Shown one piece after another: positions 24,215-36,662 of a DNA stretch of 64,000 nt. Each line of letters opens with the position of its first letter. The first letter of the stretch is position 1. The notes beneath the pieces are model-generated. The model did no database searches and had not been told where the DNA came from. It worked only from the letters and a program-made list of their open reading frames with translations. The translations under genes were made by a program, and so were the position numbers. Origin of the DNA: Octopus sinensis (Eukaryota); NCBI RefSeq assembly GCF_006345805.1, contig NC_043017.1, positions 3,162,001 to 3,226,000 on the forward strand, given 5' to 3'.

Positions 24215-25215
24215 AAGCAAATTCATAGCATACCATGGTTCATTGAATCGAAAACCTTCGTGAGATCAACGAAACAAGGTTAGATTTGTATCACCGTTCG
24301 ATGGATTTCCATGCAACTAACGAGCTGAAAGAACAATGAAACCGGTTCCACGCGCAGTGGGAAAACTTCACAAAAGGCCAGAGACAGAAGGATATCACAG
24401 CATGTTGGCGAAGCCGGTCAAGAAGAACTCTGCTCAATATTTTCTGTACAACAAAGCTGTATAGAAATGAAATTGTTCAGCACATCATGAAATGAAACTA
24501 AGTCAAACTCAAGTTGAGCATTTTTTTTTTTTTTTCTAGTTTTACGAATAGGATTTGAATTTAATTGTCTGTAATACGTTCTTTGAACATAAAGAAAAAA
24601 AACCTGTCATTCACGCGAGTATTTGAATGTATCCAGGTTCTATTGGCACGAGATCCATGTTTGTTGCTTATAAATATAATTGAAGATGATTCAAGGCTCG
24701 ATGGGGGATGATTAGATGGCAATGTTTCGATCACAGCTCCTTGGGAAGGCAACCCAGAGTCTGATGATGATGATGATGATGATGATGCTGGTGGTAGCAA
24801 TGATGAAATATGAAATATATGTATGTATGTATGTGTTTTTCTGTCTGTCAGTCTGTATGTATGTATGTATGTATGTATGAATGTATGTATGTATGTATGT
24901 ATGTATGTATGTATGTATGTATGTATGTGTTTTTCTGTCTGTCAGTCTGTATGTATGTATGTATGTATGTATGTATGAATGTATGTATATATACATATAG
25001 GTTGGTGATGCAAACATGAAAATAGAACTCAAAACACACACACATATGCATACAAATATTCATGTATATGTGTGTGTGTTATTTGTTATTTTTAGTGTTT
25101 TGTATTTTTGTATTTTTAGTGTTTTTAGTATTTTTGTTATTTTGTGTGTGTGTGCGCGCGCGCCTCGAGTGAATGCACCTTAATGGGTGATGAATATATA
25201 TATATATATATATGC

Positions 25216-25247
<32 letters not shown>

Positions 25248-25439
25248 TGTTGGTGCGTGAAACCGCATGCATGCTGTGCAGTTGTATAAACCCACCATGT
25301 TGATGAATAACGCGTTAATTATTCCTCTAATCATCTATTATTCATCGATTCGCTATTTCATTTGTCACTTATTTCATATGTATTGTCCATAAGTGATTTG
25401 TACTAACAGATGGGAATGTCTTCTGCATACGTTATAATG

Positions 25440-25700
25440 CTCGCACACAGGGGTTCCCTCTTGAATTTCTTTCCATCACTGCAAGTTTTTTTCAAATTGT
25501 AATGAGGCGGGCTATAAATTCCATCGCTGAAGCTGCAGAGCAAGACCACTCGGTGGCTTTGGATAAGAGAGCTGACCAGTGGTTTGCTAGGTCACAAGCT
25601 AGGACTTCATCAACCCCGGCTGGGTCAACTGGGAGAGGAGGAATCTGATGAGGAAAGATTCGAAACGGTGGTCCATTTCTGGGATTTGATGCTGTTAACT
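25440..25700 (+). mobile_element. Hero-like (RLE-type) non-LTR retrotransposon 3' end
   Basis: Frameshifted GFP...RRAINSIAEAAE / RWLWI / RADQW C-terminus followed by TCAACCCCGGCTGGGTC; family assigned from recalled Hero motifs. Confidence 0.55.
25639..25680 (+). ncRNA. Hammerhead-like motif in the Hero-like 3' UTR
   Basis: AGGAAU-CUGAUGA-GGAAAGAUUC-GAAAC-GGUG-GUC-C-AUUUCU. Core complete; stem I pairs only if C25674 is bulged. Confidence 0.5.
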
Positions 25701-25786
25701 TTTAACAACATTTGGAACTATTTGGTACTGGTGTCCGATTCCCTGTCTTGCTGCATGCATCATTAATATAAAGATCTATTCATCCC

Positions 25787-25857
<71 letters not shown>

Positions 25858-25929
25858 ATGTATGTATGTATATATGTATGTATGTATATATGTATGTATG
25901 TATGTATATATATATATATATATAAAATA

Positions 25930-26105
25930 TATCCTTTCTACCAGAGGCACAAGCTCTGAAATTTCGGGGGAGGAGATGAGTCGATAACATTCGACCCCAG
26001 TGTTTCACTGGTACTTAGTTTATCGATCCCGAAAAGACGAAAGGCAAAGTCGACCTCGGCAGAATTTGAACTCACAACGTAACGGCAGACGAAATACCCG
26101 CTAAG
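25930..26105 (-). mobile_element. SINE family A variant, truncated
   Basis: Core AAAGGCAAAGTCGACCTCGGC.GAATTTGAACTC. Confidence 0.75.
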
Positions 26106-26117
26106 TATATATATATT

Positions 26118-26159
<42 letters not shown>

Positions 26160-28299
26160 TATATACAGTCGTGACTATTAATTAACAAACATTGAAGAAC
26201 ATGAATTAATAGTGTTCAGGCATATCTCTGCAAGCGACCTTCCTGTAGAAATTGGCACTTATCGCCCTCCTTTGTGATTTTGAGTTCAAAATCCACCAGG
26301 AAGAGAACACGTGTGTTGTTGAAGGAGTTTCATTCTAAAGCCTATGTGGATATTAATACCGGCTTCAAATTTTGGCACAAGGCCAGCAATTTCAATGTAA
26401 GAGTAAGTCTATTATATTGACCCCAGTGCCCAACTGATACTTATTCGATCGACACCGAAAGTACGAAAGAAAAAGTCGACCACGGCGGAATTTTAACTCA
26501 GAACGTAGAGACGGACGAAATGCCGCTAAACATTTTTGCTCATTGTGCTAACGATCCTGCCAGTTCGCCATCTTAGATGTGATTATCAAAATTAGTGAAT
26601 GTATTACATACTATGAGTGTTTTTTGCACGAGAAGATGTGCGTGTGTGTGCGTGTGTGTTCCTCGTCCTTAAGATACAAGAATGCCAAATAATATACTTT
26701 AACTTGTAGCGATGAAAACGGTGCAGATCAAACAAAACGGCCAAACCAAAGAGTCATGTACTTAATTTAGGTTCTGGATTTCATTTGAAAATCTTGTGTA
26801 CGTCAGTTGTAAAAGATGTTGCGCGCGTACAAAGGCACAGCCTCGACAGAACAGTGCCGACTATTGTTGTTGTTGCTTAGCCACAGGCAAGCAATGATTA
26901 AACAAGCTTATGACTAAAAATTATGACCACCATGCTTTAAATCAAACATTATCGTATCTTGAACTCATGATTGCAGTCCAAGCGATTTGGCAGTCGTTAG
27001 ACGAAATACCTTGCTGTGTTTGTTCCAACTCCCTGTGTTCTGCGCTCAAATCCTGCCAAGGTAAAGTTTGCCTTCCATCCTTTCAGGGTCGGTAAAAAAA
27101 GTACTAGTCTAGATTAGTACATTGGTTGAATCGTTAGACGTTGAACGGAATGTCCTGCAGTTGCAGTATCGCTTCCAGCTCTTTGCCTTCTGAATTCGAA
27201 CTCCACCCTGGGCCTATATGCGCGGAGGAGAGGTGGACTTAGTCCATCACTCGGAATCAAAAGTCCTCCTAGTTCTTAGGTACTTCTAAAGGAATCTACT
27301 CTGTCCAAAGCACCTGGGCCAGATTTCCGGTTTGAAGGTAGCGTGCCCTCTTCCTCCCTCCTACCCCAGAAATCTCGGACGACCTTAAGAAATAGTGATC
27401 ATGGGCACTGTTCTTCTCTCCTTGAATAAGCTGTAAAAGATTTATAGAATAAGGCCTTGGGGTTTAGACTAGATTCTATTTGATTTACATAAAATCAGAT
27501 AGATTTCCATAAACTGTTTAACTGCAATATGGAAGCCACTGTTTGATGGAGCCACTAGTACTAAGCGCTTATGTAAATCAACAGTGAATGCAGAGAATCG
27601 CCTCAGCAGTATTTTACCGGCAAAAGATGACTGTTGATTGTGAGACAGTGCAGATAGTTGGAATGAGAGCTCGGTGGTGGTTGGCACTGATATAAATCGA
27701 AGACGTCTCTAATGAAATAACTCAATAACTCGGTGGCGGCTTTCATGACACAGACAGGTGATATCTGTAATGACACAGATAACTTGTGGTTTTGTAACGA
27801 AATATTTGTTTATTGCAGGGATTCAAAGGTGAGGCATACGCCGCAAGGGCGGAGCGTGGGAAAATTGTGCGTGAGCGCGGGAAAATTGTGCGTGAGCGCG
27901 GGATCCAATTTTGTTTTGTTTGTTTTTCTGTAGTGGGACATAAAATTGTGAAAATTGCCTTTTTTTTTAAATTTTTATTTATTTATTATTAGTTTTTTTT
28001 CACAATAAATATACTACACCCACGGTCAGCCTAGCCAGACCAATCCGTCCAGCCAGACATACTGTGTGAAGACCGATTGTTACAGTATAGCGCTATTCAA
28101 ATGCCCGAGTATGGATATTTATTTAGGAAAATCTATAATAACAGAGGCGCGTGGCTTAATGGTTAGGCTGTTGCCTTCACGACCGTAAGATTGTGGCTTC
28201 GATCTCTGGACGGAGCTAAGCACTATGTTCGTGAACAAAACACTTCATTTCACGTTGCTCCAGTCCATTCAGCTGGCAAAAATGAGTCTCACTAGTAGA

Positions 28300-28600
28300 T
28301 ATTTCTTCATTGACCGCAAGGGGTTAAACATAGAGGGGACAAGGACAGACAAATGGATTAAGTCGATTATATCGATCCCAGTGCGTAACTGGTATTTATT
28401 TAATCAACCCCCGAAAGGATGAAAGGCAAAGTCGACCTCGGTTCAAATTCCGCCGATGTCTATTGTGCCTTTCATCCTTTCGGGGTCGATTAAATAAGTA
28501 CTAGTTACGCACTGGGATCGATATAATCGACTTAATGCATTTGTCTGTCCTTGTTTGTCCCCTCTGCGTTTAACCCCCTTGTGGGCAAGAAAGAAATAAG
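28300..28600. mobile_element. Fold-back dimer of two SINE family A 3' halves
   Basis: Minus copy at 28300-28440 fused to plus copy at 28441-28600. Confidence 0.8.
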
Positions 28601-29223
28601 AAATATAAGTACCAGAGTCGATTCATTCGAGTAAAAATCCTTCAAGGGCGATGCCCCAGCATGGCCGCAGTCTAACGACTGAAACAAGTAAAAGCAAAAA
28701 AAAAAAACGATGAAAAGAAAAGTTGTAGTCGTAATGACACGACTAAGACGTGGTTGCTATGAAATAACTTGTATAAGTGATGGCTATAACACAACTCTAT
28801 AACAGCTGTTATGATAGCTGCTCATTAGTGGTTATAACGGCTTCTGCACTTGTCTGAACGATTTAGTTCAGGCGTACTTATAATGATACACCTCAGCGGC
28901 GAGAAAGCTAATTCATTCTCTTCTGTCTGTATCCCGGAGTCGCCTGTTGTCCGATGATCCTTATGTCTGAAACATCTCGACCGATCTGTTTTGTCTGGTC
29001 GTATCCAATGTTTTTTTGTCTTTGTTTGAAGTTCATATTCAGACATTTGGTTCAGTTTTACATCTCCTATAACATCTCCGATTCAGTTGTCCTTTTCTTC
29101 CTTTACGGTTGTGCACTTCAGGCACAGTTGCATACATCTGGGGAGGCATGGTTCATGGAAAATGTGGAAACGATTAGAAATTATCATGCGGTAACACTCT
29201 CTCTGTCTCTCTCTGTCTCTCTT

Positions 29224-29259
<36 letters not shown>

Positions 29260-29602
29260 GTTTTATTAGGCGCAACAGCCATCTTTGAATCGTATTTAAC
29301 GTAGATACACCATTGACAGGCAAGATACAGCGGTTTTCGTCAGCTCAGGATAAATCCATTATTGACATGGTGTGATAAAAACAATATGTATCGTGGAGAG
29401 ACCAAAAAATTATTGTTTCGGAAGCCGTGAGCGGGAATGCCACATGTATTTCGGCCTTCTTAGGTCCTGTCAATGACTTGTACTCGCAACTAAACACATA
29501 GCTAGACGAAATTTGCCGTCTCTGATATATAGGAAACACTGCATAATTCCATTACCTGATATTGCAAATAACTGCGGGCTGAATAAAAACTCGGTGTTCG
29601 CA

Positions 29603-29604
<2 letters not shown>

Positions 29605-29686
<82 letters not shown>

Positions 29687-29698
29687 GGTGTGGTGGTG

Positions 29699-29734
<36 letters not shown>

Positions 29735-29764
29735 GTTAGTAGTAGTAGTAGTTGTAGTAGTAGT
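29605..29764. repeat. (TAG)n/(TGG)n microsatellite
   Basis: Direct reading. Confidence 0.95.
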
Positions 29765-29985
29765 AGGGGGACATGTACTGTAACAGCGCGTTAATGATTT
29801 ATCGATCCTTTCGGGATCGATAAATAAAGTACCAATTTCGCACTGGGGTCGATGTCGTCGACTTAATCCCTTTGTCTGTCCTTGTTTGTCCCCTCTATGT
29901 TTAGCCCCTTGTGGGTAGTAAAGAAATATATATATATGTATGTATGTACGTATGTATGTAGTATGTATGTATGTATGTATGTATG

Positions 29986-30012
<27 letters not shown>

Positions 30013-30016
<4 letters not shown>

Positions 30017-30178
30017 CGGGAAGGTTTACGAAAATAAACAAAAGACGAAGGCAGGTGGAGTATTAGTAAGGCGCTCAGGAATAGAAATAAAACAAGTCTT
30101 TTACGTTTCGAGCCTACGCTCTTCGACAGAAAGTTACACAGAAAAGAAACAAGGAGAGAAAAAGATTGCGTGTAGGGT
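30013..30178 (-). mobile_element. Probable Penelope-like pLTR fragment with a minimal hammerhead variant
   Basis: Minus strand 30133-30098: CUUU-CUGUCGA-A-GAGC-GUAG-GCUC-GAAACGUA-AAAG. Adjacent to microsatellite. Confidence 0.55.
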
Positions 30179-30639
30179 CTTACGCACTGGGGTCGATATA
30201 ATTGACTTAATCCGTTTGTCCCCTCTGTGTTTAGCCCCTTGTGGGTAGTAAAGAAATAGTATGTACGTGTATACATATGTATGGATGTATCTGCATATGT
30301 ACATGAGTGTATGTGTATATGAGCGTGTGTGTATAGGCGATAGCTCACTGATGCATAATACAAGATCGAACTCACAGCTAATGATACACGAATGTACAGA
30401 GACACAATATCGACGCCGTCGACGTGTCTGTACACGACCACAATCCGACACAGACACAAACATAACGACCGCCGTACGGTGTGGGGTGGCGGTGGAGGTG
30501 GTCTCGCGGGAAGGAGGGTGGCTGCTGCTGCGGCGGCGGCGGCGGGTGGGGTGGGGGTGGTGATCGGGAAGCTGTAGGATGCGGTGGTGGTAGTGATGCT
30601 GTTACTGATGGTTGAGCTGTTGGTGGTGTTGGCGGTGAT

Positions 30640-30935
30640 TGTAATGGTGGTGGTGGTAGTGGTGGTGGTAGTGGTGGTGTGGTGGTGGTGGTGGTGGTGG
30701 TGGTGGTTGTGGTGGTAGTGGTGGTGTGGTGGTGGTGGTGGTGTGGTGGTGGTAGTGGTGGTGGTGGTGGTGGTGGTGGTGGTTGTGGTGGTAGTGGTGG
30801 TGTGGTGGTGGTGGTGGTGTGGTGGTGGTAGTGGTGGTGGTTGTTTTGGTGGTGGTTGTTTTGGTGGCGGTTGTTTTGGTGGTGGTGGTGGTAGTAGTGG
30901 TGGTGGTGGTGGTGGTGGTGGTGGTGGTGGTGACG
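30640..30935. repeat. (GGT)n-rich microsatellite
   Basis: Direct reading; source of the poly-P/H/T/V ORFs. Confidence 0.95.
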
Positions 30936-31249
30936 GCGGCGGAGACAGTGATGATGCGTTGTGAAGTGCAATGGTGGTGGGGAAGGAAGTGCTTAGTGAA
31001 AGGTGTTTGCTAATTGTCCAGTGTGGCATGAAGGTGATAAATAATTCACACACACACACACACACATCCTCACACGCCCTGTTCGATGCATCACACGAAC
31101 AATGCATCCACACACACACATACACACGCAATACATTGATATATATATTCATACACCCACCTTCGGAAAGACAGAAACCCATCCACACAGTCTATAAGTC
31201 TGGATATGTATCTTCCATCAAAGTACATTTTATCATGTTGCAACATCAA

Positions 31250-31372
31250 GACATACACACATACATACATACATACATACATACATACATACACACATAC
31301 ATACATACATACATACATACACACATACATACATACATACATACATACATACATACTTACATACATGCATAC

Positions 31373-31403
<31 letters not shown>

Positions 31404-31945
31404 CATACATACATACATACATACATACATACATACACACATACATACATACATACTACATACATACATACATACATACATACATACATACATACATACA
31501 TACATACATACATACATACATACATACATACATACATGCATACATACATACATACATACATACATACATACATACATACATACATACATACATACATACA
31601 TACATACATGCATACATACATACATAACATACATACATACATACATACATACATACATACATGCATGCATACATACATACATACATACATACATACATCA
31701 TACATACATACATACATACATACATACATACATACATACATACATACATACATACATACATACATACATACATACATACATACATACATACATACACGCA
31801 TACACACATACATACATACATACATACATACATACATACATACATACATACATACATACATACATACATACATACATACATACATACATACATACATACA
31901 TACATACATACATACATACATACATACATACATACTTACATACAT
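31250..31945. repeat. ~700-bp (TACA)n microsatellite
   Basis: Direct reading. Confidence 0.97.
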
Positions 31946-31989
31946 GCATCTGCGATGCTGTTAATTATAGTTGGAAGCAACCTGAACGA

Positions 31990-32220
31990 TAATTGGCGCT
32001 CAGGAAGGCAGAAACATCAGCCAGACTCGATATCTTCTTTGTAGGTGACCTGAAAGTAAATGCAAAAAATATGAATAGTATGAAGAGAAGCCTTGACCTG
32101 GTTACATTCTTAAAGGATAAAGGGCTGGACTTTGGCCAAGATAAATGTTCCTCTCCAGTTGTCACACAAGGGAGAATTACAAAGCTGTCTATCAATGACC
32201 TGCTTCATGTGTCCAGGGTT
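31990..32220 (+). mobile_element. Degenerate R4/Dong-like RT fragment
   Basis: DIFFVGDLKVNAKN...LVTFLKDKGLDFGQDKC matches the LF(Y)xDDLKLYAK...F..DIG..FG.DKC pattern of RLE-type LINE RTs. Confidence 0.65.
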
Positions 32221-32759
32221 AAATAAAAAGATATCATATGACGACGGCACTGGCAGCAGAACCACGTAATCAGGAAGTATAATAGAGAAGAGTGACTCTC
32301 AATCGGGGTTCTTGTGATCTTTAAGGGTCCGTCTAAGATTTTGTTGTTGAAATTTACGTGCAATAAACTGGTTACATTTCTACAATACATAAGGCGGCGG
32401 TCGAGCAGGATCGTTAGCTTGAGGGCCAAAATGCTTAGCAACAATTCATCCGTCATTATGTTCTGTGTTGAAATTCCGCCGAAGTCGAATTTGCCTTTCA
32501 TCTTTCAGAGATCGATTTCGTCTGTCATCCTTTCGAAGGTTGACTTTGCTTTTCATCCTTTCGGAGGTTGACTTTGCCTTTTATCCTTTCGGAGGTCGAT
32601 TTCGCTTTTCATCCTTTTGAATAGTAGGATCGATATTATCAAATACTCTCTTCTCCCAAAATTGCTGGACTTGCGCTACAATTTGAAACCAGTATTTCTA
32701 CAATACACAAAATATTTAAGCATTTTTAAAATACAGTTCCTAATATTTAATCATAAAAA

Positions 32760-33360
32760 TATAATGATAGCTTTTAGACATGATATCGAATGGCTATGAG
32801 GTGCAGTTCGGATAATTGACTACAAAATACAGTAATCGATGTTTCTATTTTTCAGATCCCAAATACATTTTGCTAATGATGTATTAGGAAATACTGAAAG
32901 AATATATGAGGACTCCATCTACATTTCACGCTGTAACACCCATATAGCAGTATACTTTATCGTTGTCGGGACGGAACATTTTCATACTAAATTTGTTCGT
33001 AGGCACTCGATGTTTGCAGGCTTTTATATTGATCCTTAAAGTTACAAAACTATCACGTTTACTAGCAAGTGAAGAACTATTGATTGTACTGTTACTAAAG
33101 CTTTTGTTAAAAAGAGGCACAGGATCAATAACCAATAGTAACATTCATGATTAATAAAGTATTAGGTTAACAGAGACACTAGAGACAGACTAACTACTAG
33201 GATACTTAGAATCACATACATCATTTCCAATATCGTTTATTTCATTATTAATAGGGCTTATATTATCAGCTAACTTAGGTGTGGTGGAGTACGAAAATTT
33301 ATTAGTCTGCCTATTGAATAATATACGATATTTACTAGAAAGAGGGATGTGCCTTTCCAA
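32760..33360 (-). mobile_element. Degenerate Penelope-like element, linker and GIY-YIG endonuclease region
   Basis: ILFNRQTNKFSYSTTPKLADNISPINNEI (cf. IFNRNT.K.SYS..PN...II..HN) and NTSLAKCIWDLKNRNIDY, both PLE-typical, with stops. Confidence 0.65.
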
Positions 33361-33851
33361 TGCTGTACATATGTGTGTGTATGTGTGTGTGTGTGTGTGT
33401 GTGCGTGTGTGTGTCTGTGTGTGTGTGTGTATGTGTGTGTGTGTGGCATATATATACATACACACACACATACACGCACACACACTTATATAAAAATATT
33501 TTTATAAGTTTCAAACTTATGAAAATATTATTATCATTACAGAATTGTAAAAACACGGCATCTCTTATAAAATCAGTCATGTGTGTGTGTATGTATGTAT
33601 GTATCTATATATACTTTTCTATTTGTGGGTTAACTAGGCTACCACAAGTTTCATGTTAAGAGAGGTATATCTCTTAAAAGTTTTCAAGCCTATTAAATGG
33701 GACGTTAGTGTTCATATCCATCTTGGATGAAAACACCAAGATGGAGACGAACACCGATGTTCCATGCAATAGGCTTGAAAATTTTTGAAGAGATTTGCCT
33801 CTCTAAACATAAAACTAATGATAGCCTGATAAACCGACGAATAAAAAAAGT

Positions 33852-33915
<64 letters not shown>

Positions 33916-33939
33916 TATAATTATAAACATAATTATAAT

Positions 33940-34117
33940 TAGGGGTCAGCTAATTGCTTCACCACATACCGAATTTAGAAATAGGAGATAAAAATTCCTT
34001 TTCTACTACCGTAAGAATCTCCGAGACAGTAACACGTACCGATCTACTTGGTAAGATTATTAATTAATTGATTGATTGATTAATCAATTTAATTAATTTT
34101 ACCCTTTTATTATTAAT

Positions 34118-34120
<3 letters not shown>
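33940..34120. mobile_element. Diverged short relative of the 600-bp hammerhead unit, between (TA)n tracts
   Basis: 24-nt identity 33961-33984 = 4522-4545; inverted matches to the unit start at 34044-34052 and 34091-34115. Confidence 0.7.
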
Positions 34121-34173
<53 letters not shown>

Positions 34174-34726
34174 ACCTGTCTTTATTTCATGGAATCGTAA
34201 GGACGCCGTCGTAACATACGGCTAACATGGGTATCCTTAGACCTGACGGAGTTCATCTCCAATTTAACTACAACCATTTTTTTTTTCAGAAAGACAGTTG
34301 AATGAAAAAAAATCGATCTACAAAAGGTCTGGTGATTTATTTCACAAGGTGAATGGATGAAAAACAAATTCGATCTCCAGATATATACACAGCCCTAGGC
34401 AGAAGCATATTCTGATGATTAGCATTACACACATTCACACACACACACGCATTTATATATACATATACATACGTATACAAATATATCTGTCAATGCCTTG
34501 ACAGGTATAATAACTGGTATTTCTCAACGAAAACCTGAAAGCCTCTTCGTGGCTTCTTAACCTTATATTCTTAACCTGTGACGACGTCCTTGTTCTTGTT
34601 TGTGCCTAGGCATAAAATACGTTGCGGTTCTAGTTTCGCCTTTTTGCAATCTGAGTTCAAGGCTTGATAGATAGTCAATGACAAACATGGACCGTGATAA
34701 ATTTATGTTGAAATATTTCTTTCCAG

Positions 34727-34831
34727 GCCCTGCTCCGAATAATTACAGATTACCATCAACAGTGGGAACTGATTACCATGACGCTACGAAACCAAGGGCG
34801 CCATCTTACAGCATTGGCAAACACACATTCA
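34727..34831 (+). CDS. ODF3: ODF3/CIMAP1-like, exon 2 (phase 1-1)
   Basis: TTTCCAG acceptor, GTAAGT donor at 34832, 105 nt. Encodes PAPNNYRLPSTVGTDYHDATKPRAPSYSIGKHTF. Confidence 0.9.
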
Positions 34832-34979
34832 GTAAGTTCTGATTAATTATCATAGGAGACTATATTTCGTCCGCCACTAAGTTCTGAGTTCAAAATTCCG
34901 CCAAGGTTGACTTTGCCTTTCATCCTTTTGGGGTATGTATGTATCATGTCTGTATATTTCCATATTTCTCGTTCCACAG

Positions 34980-35090
34980 AATTCGTCGACCAAAGTCCAG
35001 GCCCGATCTACGGATATTCCAGCCAACTGAGTAATTTTGGAATATCTTCAGTTCCCACAGTGACGATTACCGGAAGAACAAAAAAGCCTT
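34980..35090 (+). CDS. ODF3: ODF3/CIMAP1-like, exon 3 (phase 1-1)
   Basis: CCACAG acceptor, GTAAGA donor at 35091, 111 nt. Encodes FVDQSPGPIYGY...VPTVTITGRTKKP. Confidence 0.9.
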
Positions 35091-35399
35091 GTAAGATATC
35101 TTTTATAAATGAATTGAACAAATGTTTAGAGATATTAATGTAAACCTTATAAGATGTTGTGAACTCGCATTTGTGGTAGTACAGAGTGATAAACTCAATC
35201 CACCTATGTAATTCAGCCTTCTTCTTTCTAGCGAGCTTTATAATGTTCTCTGATCTAAATTTAATGACATGAACTTGACTATTGGTTTTCTTGAGAGTAG
35301 CCTCTCTTAGTTTTTTTTATTTTAAGTAGTCCATTTCTTACTCCAATACGTATTCATTCTTGAACATTTATTATAAGATTCTTCCATTTCCATTTAATC

Positions 35400-35760
35400 T
35401 AATGAATCTCTTCTCTCCCTATGGATGAGAGGCCATCGACGACTTTTCTCCATTGTTCTTGACTCTGGACTATCTTTTTCTTTCTTTCTCTCCAGTTCGA
35501 AACCTGTTTTCTTAGTTCTGCCTCAGTATCCTCCTTCCGGCTATTTTTAGAACATTCCCTTTTCTTCCTCTCTTGTGGGTTCCAGGTGGGGGCCTGACGT
35601 ATGATGTATTTGCTTGAGAGAGGGCCTTCTTCTCCCAGGTCTTATTAATTTTGAACTGTCATCGATGCTTCTCTAACTTTATATTTTTCTAGATAGCGAT
35701 GTTGGTGTTGCGCAAAGCCATTTTTATCTCTGTGAAGAGGAACGACATTAGTTCGGCCTC
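35400..35760 (-). mobile_element. Degenerate RTE-like LINE 3' end
   Basis: Minus strand P.GTHKRGRKG...MA..P.GEKR, resembling the RTE C-terminal KRKRGRP region; many stops. Confidence 0.45.
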
Positions 35761-36662
35761 TGTCCTATCACCTGTCTAGTACGGAGGCCTTACAAGGCGC
35801 TTGTGCTCTGCTGTCATATCTCTCAGAGTCACTGAGGCATGCAAGCCACCACACCAAGGACCAGACCTTATAGTGGTGGATAGTATTTAACCTCCATTAA
35901 ATCTCCTCAAACTCTCTCAGTCAGAACCTGGAATTCCCCTAAAACTTCCTCGTTCAACATCTCTATAATTATATATAATTATATCTTGGATATTTTTTGT
36001 CTGTATCAAATGCCGAACCTTCATCGAAAACCCTATCCTTATTCGTTTACTCACAGAATAAACTTTTGCATGTCCAATGCTTTACGCTTTCTGAGTTTTT
36101 GGCTTTTAATTGCATTGGTTCTGCTTTACTTTGCACTATCCCTTCGTTAACTGCTTGCACCTACTTTGTTGAATTTCAAATGGTAAGATTTGTGCCAAGG
36201 GACAGAACGAGAAATAAAATTGTCAATGGTTTCGTCTCTACCAAAATAAATTGCTACTGTGAGATCACCAATTGTTCTGGATGGTTCTACATTTATTAAA
36301 GAATGATGTGTGAATATCTGTCTCGTCACCATTTGACCTAGGCTTCTGTAAAAAAAAAGCATAGCAAAATTTCTGCAGCATTGAACAGTCAAATCATGTA
36401 GCGATCCTTGTTCAGGTCTATGAGTCACCCTGAAAAGATAAGGACTCGATGTATGTAGGACTCAAAGATGCTGGTCATTTTAAATTTTTATATTTTAATG
36501 TTTCCCATGTATGTTTTTAAGACCAGCGGAAGGGTATTAATCTGATATTAACAGATATCGCCTTTTATCTGCCAAATAAAGGAACTCTTTATATATCGCA
36601 TTAAGCTACCTGGTTATATATACATTTCTTCTTTTCAATGCTGTATCTTTTTCTTTTTTCAG

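Noticed and set aside
27819-27828. 10-nt micro-exon-like TTGCAG|GGATTCAAAG|GTGAGG in the ODF3-like intron
   Set aside because: The length would frameshift the gene, and there is no expression evidence.
29122-29190. 69-nt exon-like segment (TTCAG...GTAACA)
   Set aside because: In the phase-1 frame needed by the ODF3-like gene it contains TAG; the open frame matches nothing I recognise.
29863-31964. Long ORFs up to 441 aa (poly-P/H/T, YIHT, YVCM)
   Set aside because: These are translations of (GGT)n and (TACA)n microsatellites. The same applies to the YI, CV and HT ORFs throughout the window.
34230-34350. Alternative first exon candidates for the ODF3-like gene
   Set aside because: Donors are weak or out of phase, or there is an in-frame stop; 20803-20902 fits better. 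Not fully excluded.
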